Shown: positions 17,301 to 19,952 of the stretch, piece by piece
How the letters are laid out: each line of letters starts with the position of its first letter
Position numbering within the stretch: position 1 is the first letter of the stretch
Source of the DNA: Amoeboradix gromovi X-113
Lineage: Eukaryota > Fungi > Sanchytriomycota
Reading direction: 5' to 3'
Length of the DNA: 19,952 nt
NCBI GenBank assembly: GCA_018985225.1
Contig: JADGIF010000102.1
Coordinates: forward strand, 1-19,952
Position numbers and translations under genes: made by a program
Notes under the pieces: model-generated
The model's database searches: none
The model's input: only the letters and a program-made list of their open reading frames with translations
What the model was told of the DNA's origin: nothing

Positions 17301-18454
17301 TTAAAGAACATATATGTGACAAGATAAGTAGCATATACAGGTGCACAGAAACAGAACTTATTGCGTTTCTCAAGATATGTTTTACAAAATATGTTAAATC
17401 AAAAATAGAACCTGGAACTGCCTGCGGTGCCATTGGCGCCCAAGGACTAAGTGAGCCTGGTACTCAAATGACCTTGAAAACTTTCCATTTTGCAGGCATA
17501 GCAACTATGAGTATTACTTTGGGAGTTCCGCGACTAAATGAAATAATCAATGCTAGCAAGTCTATCAGCACACCGATTATAAAAGCGGCTCTAGTTAGCA
17601 ACAAAAGTGAAGTATCGGCTAGAATAGTAAAAGGCAGAATCGAAAAGACACTGTTGAGTGAGATTTGCAACTACATTGAAGAGGTCTATAAACCAGGAGA
17701 ATGTTTTATTGAAATGCAGGTAGATATTGATACCATAAATAAACTTCAGCTAGAGATAACAGCTAATGATCTGGTAAGATTCTTGGTGCAGTCCAAGCTA
17801 AAGTTATCTCAGGATCAAATAAATATCTACAAAAACAAGTTAAGGATATATACACGAAAGGACGGTCTCGATACAAGCTACCATTTAAAAGAATTGAAAA
17901 GGAAGATTGGAAATATATGCATAAGTGGTCTACCTGATATAAACAGAGCAGTAATATCCGAAAACGGGGACAAATTAGAATTGTTAGTCGAAGGAAACGG
18001 TTTCCAACAAGTAATGAATATAGACGGAATAGTGGGAACAGAAACAACATGTAATAATATAATAGAAGTTGGAAAGGTACTGGGAATAGAAGCAGCGAGA
18101 AGCACAATAATAAAAGAGATACAGTACACGCTCGGGCAACATGGATTGAGTGTAGATCCTAGGCATGTCATGCTGCTCGGAGATGTGATGTGCAGTAAAG
18201 GGGAGGTGCTTGGCGTGACCAGATTTGGATTGGGAAAGATGAAAGACTCTGCTTTGATGTTGGCGAGTTTTGAGAAAACGGATGAACAACTGATAAACGC
18301 ATCATTATTTAGTAAGTGTGACTCCACTAAGGGAGTGAGTGAAGCCGTGGTGTTAGGAAAGCCAGCAACGATAGGAACAGGAATGTTTAACATACTGAGA
18401 GACGTTAAGCCCAAAAAAGTCAAAGCCAGCACAAAGTTTTTATTCGAAGACTAG
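14372..18454 (+). CDS. RPC1: RNA polymerase III largest subunit
   Basis: Motifs CVGHFG, QRLKGKQGRFR, GKRVDFSGRTVISPDP, FNRQPSLH, YNADFDGDEMN, TQMTLKTFHFAG, SFEKT; no CTD heptads; intronless. Confidence 0.97.
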   Translation: MSHISGIVKPKSYPLLRDNTPRTVDKVEFGIFSKSDIDRISHIEVLSSDLYNYTTTKEAVPYGPLDRRLGCAEKNALCETCNKKMEECVGHFGVIKLSLPIFHYGFFKGTLAILQCICKGCSRVMIDEQSKKRYLRRYRTVDLEMTTKMKIFKDIQSKCKKVSICMYCNYVNGTVKKIGAMKIVHVKFSKVPNSDTSMDEYIGEMSSVLHVNESLKSYITKCEEDVNPLLTYRLFEKMSDDDTELMGLNPKVSRPENLVLTFFPVPPNQTRPSVAQDDKTSNEDDLTIKLKEMIMINSVIRVAIIEGQPINKIMDQWDTLQTAAALFINAELPGFNAANSSLRKPARGIVQRLKGKQGRFRNNLCGKRVDFSGRTVISPDPNMRIDQLAVPKLIAMNLTFPERVDNQNINKLRKLIRNGPNHHPGASYVTSGKLKISLKYGDRQKAADGLKINDIVERHLMDDDVALFNRQPSLHRVSMMAHKIVVLPWRTLRFNECVCSPYNADFDGDEMNIHVPQTLEAKAEALLLMGVQHNLCTPKNGENLIAATQDFITCSYLLSQKDVFFSKPEISQICGYMDCNLIQIDLPKPAIIKPVRLWTGKQIFSILLRPSHSSNVLVNLECKTKSYTKCNPKELCPQDGWLIIYNSTVVCGVFDKNVVGDGNKDSIFYVILRDFGANQAAECMNRLSKLSARYMGERGFSIGINDVWADVALQQQKHDLVEQGYSKCRLKIEEYKDNKLDTQAGCSEEETLENVLSGILSNIREEAGQLCLNELNRYNSPIIMSRCGSKGSKLNVAQMVSCVGQQIVNGKRIPDSFDSRPLPHFPRNDKSPPSKGFVRNSFFSGLSPSEFIFHAASGREGLVDTAVKTATTGYLARRLMKTMEDLCVGYDYTVRTPIGNIIQFQYGDDKMDPLSMEGDGKPVEFHRNLLNVLHDPNLKSNPLSSNQIYQLAVQETSSAYWAKNCDMMFITDLLGFIKEHICDKISSIYRCTETELIAFLKICFTKYVKSKIEPGTACGAIGAQGLSEPGTQMTLKTFHFAGIATMSITLGVPRLNEIINASKSISTPIIKAALVSNKSEVSARIVKGRIEKTLLSEICNYIEEVYKPGECFIEMQVDIDTINKLQLEITANDLVRFLVQSKLKLSQDQINIYKNKLRIYTRKDGLDTSYHLKELKRKIGNICISGLPDINRAVISENGDKLELLVEGNGFQQVMNIDGIVGTETTCNNIIEVGKVLGIEAARSTIIKEIQYTLGQHGLSVDPRHVMLLGDVMCSKGEVLGVTRFGLGKMKDSALMLASFEKTDEQLINASLFSKCDSTKGVSEAVVLGKPATIGTGMFNILRDVKPKKVKASTKFLFED

Positions 18455-19005
18455 GATTTATTAAATAAATGAAATTTGAAGTACTTCAGTTCTTTTATGC
18501 TTTCAATTATGTCGTCCAATGCTCGATGCTTATTGACTTTGGTAATACTGGGCAAATTAATCCATTCAAGTGCCAAGGTTTTAATAGTTGATATGTCGAT
18601 TATACGATAATGCAATAGCTTGGAAATATTTGGCATGAATTCCATGATGAAATATTTATCCATATAGACAGAATTCCCACAAAGATATTTAGTGCCACAA
18701 TATTTTTGTAAAATAGCTACAACATCATTTTCGACCTGCAATTCTGTTATACTGGAAATTTGTGACTGTTCAGTCAGTCCACCAGCACCTTTGAATTGTT
18801 CAGCACACCATGCAGTCATTTTAGAAAGAACATAATCATCTTGGTGTATAACGGCGGTGTATCTTTCTAACTCGTTTAATTCAGTATCAGTTACTATCAT
18901 GGCAAACTCAATAATTCTATGTTCCTTCACATTCAATCCTGTCATTTCTAAATCTATGAAAACTAAGATGGAAGTCTCCCGCATGAAATTCCTTGCAAAC
19001 TCCAT
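18451..19005 (-). CDS. REX2: Oligoribonuclease (Orn/REX2)
   Basis: Motifs IDLEMTGL, LCGNSVYMD, HYRIIDISTIK, HRALDDIIESIKEL. Confidence 0.95.
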   Translation of the reverse strand: MEFARNFMRETSILVFIDLEMTGLNVKEHRIIEFAMIVTDTELNELERYTAVIHQDDYVLSKMTAWCAEQFKGAGGLTEQSQISSITELQVENDVVAILQKYCGTKYLCGNSVYMDKYFIMEFMPNISKLLHYRIIDISTIKTLALEWINLPSITKVNKHRALDDIIESIKELKYFKFHLFNKS

Positions 19006-19081
19006 TGTGAAGAAATTCAGAAATTTAAAAGGTCCAAAGCTAGAGGAAATTGATTAATTATGTCTTGACTCGTTTATTCAG

Positions 19082-19828
19082 TTACTCTTTTCTTTTCATT
19101 GCCTCCAAAATATGGTTTATTACTTTATCAACTCCAACTTGGTCTTTAAGGTTTGTTATGACAACCGGGCCATTATCTCTCATTTGGAGCGCATCATTAA
19201 ACATCGTGTCTAGATTGCATTGTACGTACTCTGCAATATCGCATTTGTTAATAACTAGTAGGTCAGATTCACAAACACCAGGACCGCCCTTACGTGGTAT
19301 TTTATCACCACCGCTAGTGTCTATTACATATATAATGTAGTCTGCTAGTTGTCTGCTGAAACTAGCAGCTAAATTGTCACCGCCACTCTCTATCAGCAAT
19401 AAGTTGAGCTTAAACAAGCGGCTTAATTCTTCTGCTGCGTTCAGATTCATGGTTATATCTTCTCTAATAGCCGCATGCGGACAGCTTCCTGTTTGCACAG
19501 CTACGATACGACCGGCTGGCAGTGCTAAATTTTTTTGCAAAAATTCGCCATCTTCTTTGGTGAAAATATCATTTGTAATAACTGCCATCTCCAGACGATC
19601 CTTCAAATTTTGACACAGTCTTAGTGCCAATGCGGTTTTACCTGACCCCACTGGACCTGCTATTCCAACAGTAAACGCTCTATCTTTGAAATCACGATCA
19701 AGAGGTTTAGCTCGAGTACTAAATTCACCTCGAGTAAGAGGGTCATGGCGATGTCCGTGTGAATGAGAACCGACATCGTGGCTGTGTGAATGCTCATGAG
19801 ATTTGGAGGTTGTAAAAGGGACTTGCAT
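19082..19828 (-). CDS. ureG: Urease accessory GTPase UreG with His-rich N-terminus
   Basis: Motifs GPVGSGKT, TNDIFTKED, CPHAAIREDI, ESGGDNL, GDKIPRKGGPG; His-rich leader as in eukaryotic UreG. Confidence 0.96.
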   Translation of the reverse strand: MQVPFTTSKSHEHSHSHDVGSHSHGHRHDPLTRGEFSTRAKPLDRDFKDRAFTVGIAGPVGSGKTALALRLCQNLKDRLEMAVITNDIFTKEDGEFLQKNLALPAGRIVAVQTGSCPHAAIREDITMNLNAAEELSRLFKLNLLLIESGGDNLAASFSRQLADYIIYVIDTSGGDKIPRKGGPGVCESDLLVINKCDIAEYVQCNLDTMFNDALQMRDNGPVVITNLKDQVGVDKVINHILEAMKRKE

Positions 19829-19859
19829 GTTTTACGGATTTAACAATATTCAAAAATAT

Positions 19860-19952
19860 TTATTGAACTTTAAGTTTGTCATATCCGCAATCATACATGA
19901 CCTGCACGATAAATATCTTCTCATCAGGGTCATAATAATTGAACACTTTCTC
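19860..19952 (-). CDS. Possible 3' end of a gene running in from the right edge
   Basis: Open frame EKVFNYYDPDEKIFIVQVMYDCGYDKLKVQ* from the window edge, ending 31 nt before the ureG ATG. Confidence 0.4.
   Translation of the reverse strand, partial: EKVFNYYDPDEKIFIVQVMYDCGYDKLKVQ

Noticed and set aside
16375-19613. Antisense ORFs within RPC1, REX2 and ureG (similar ones occur in folD, ATP12, NVJ2 and thiolase)
   Set aside because: Shadow frames of conserved genes

Overview
AT-rich, very gene-dense eukaryotic DNA read in the standard code. It is most consistent with a compact early-diverging fungus or relative (inference from the fungal-type UreG, ERG8, NVJ2 and RPC1). About 13 host genes are present: FolD, an orphan, ATP12, TRM10, an EamA transporter, NVJ2/TEX2, a CNOT11-like protein, thiolase, ERG8, HMCES/SRAP, RPC1, oligoribonuclease and UreG. 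Two things stand out. (1) Almost every larger intergenic gap holds a decayed TnpB/Fanzor-like RNA-guided-nuclease gene: about 10 fragments in at least 3 subfamilies, seven recognised by zinc-ribbon and/or RuvC-III 'RDxN' motifs and three by DNA similarity to those. One is a 451-bp mini-element bounded by ~30-bp terminal inverted repeats (TIRs). (2) Three GT-AG introns are each exactly 19 nt, with consensus GTAY-n7-TAAYRTAG. One interrupts the RuvC-III motif of a Fanzor relic, and a paralogous relic lacks exactly those 19 nt. All assignments are by-eye motif recognition; no HMM or BLAST search was run.
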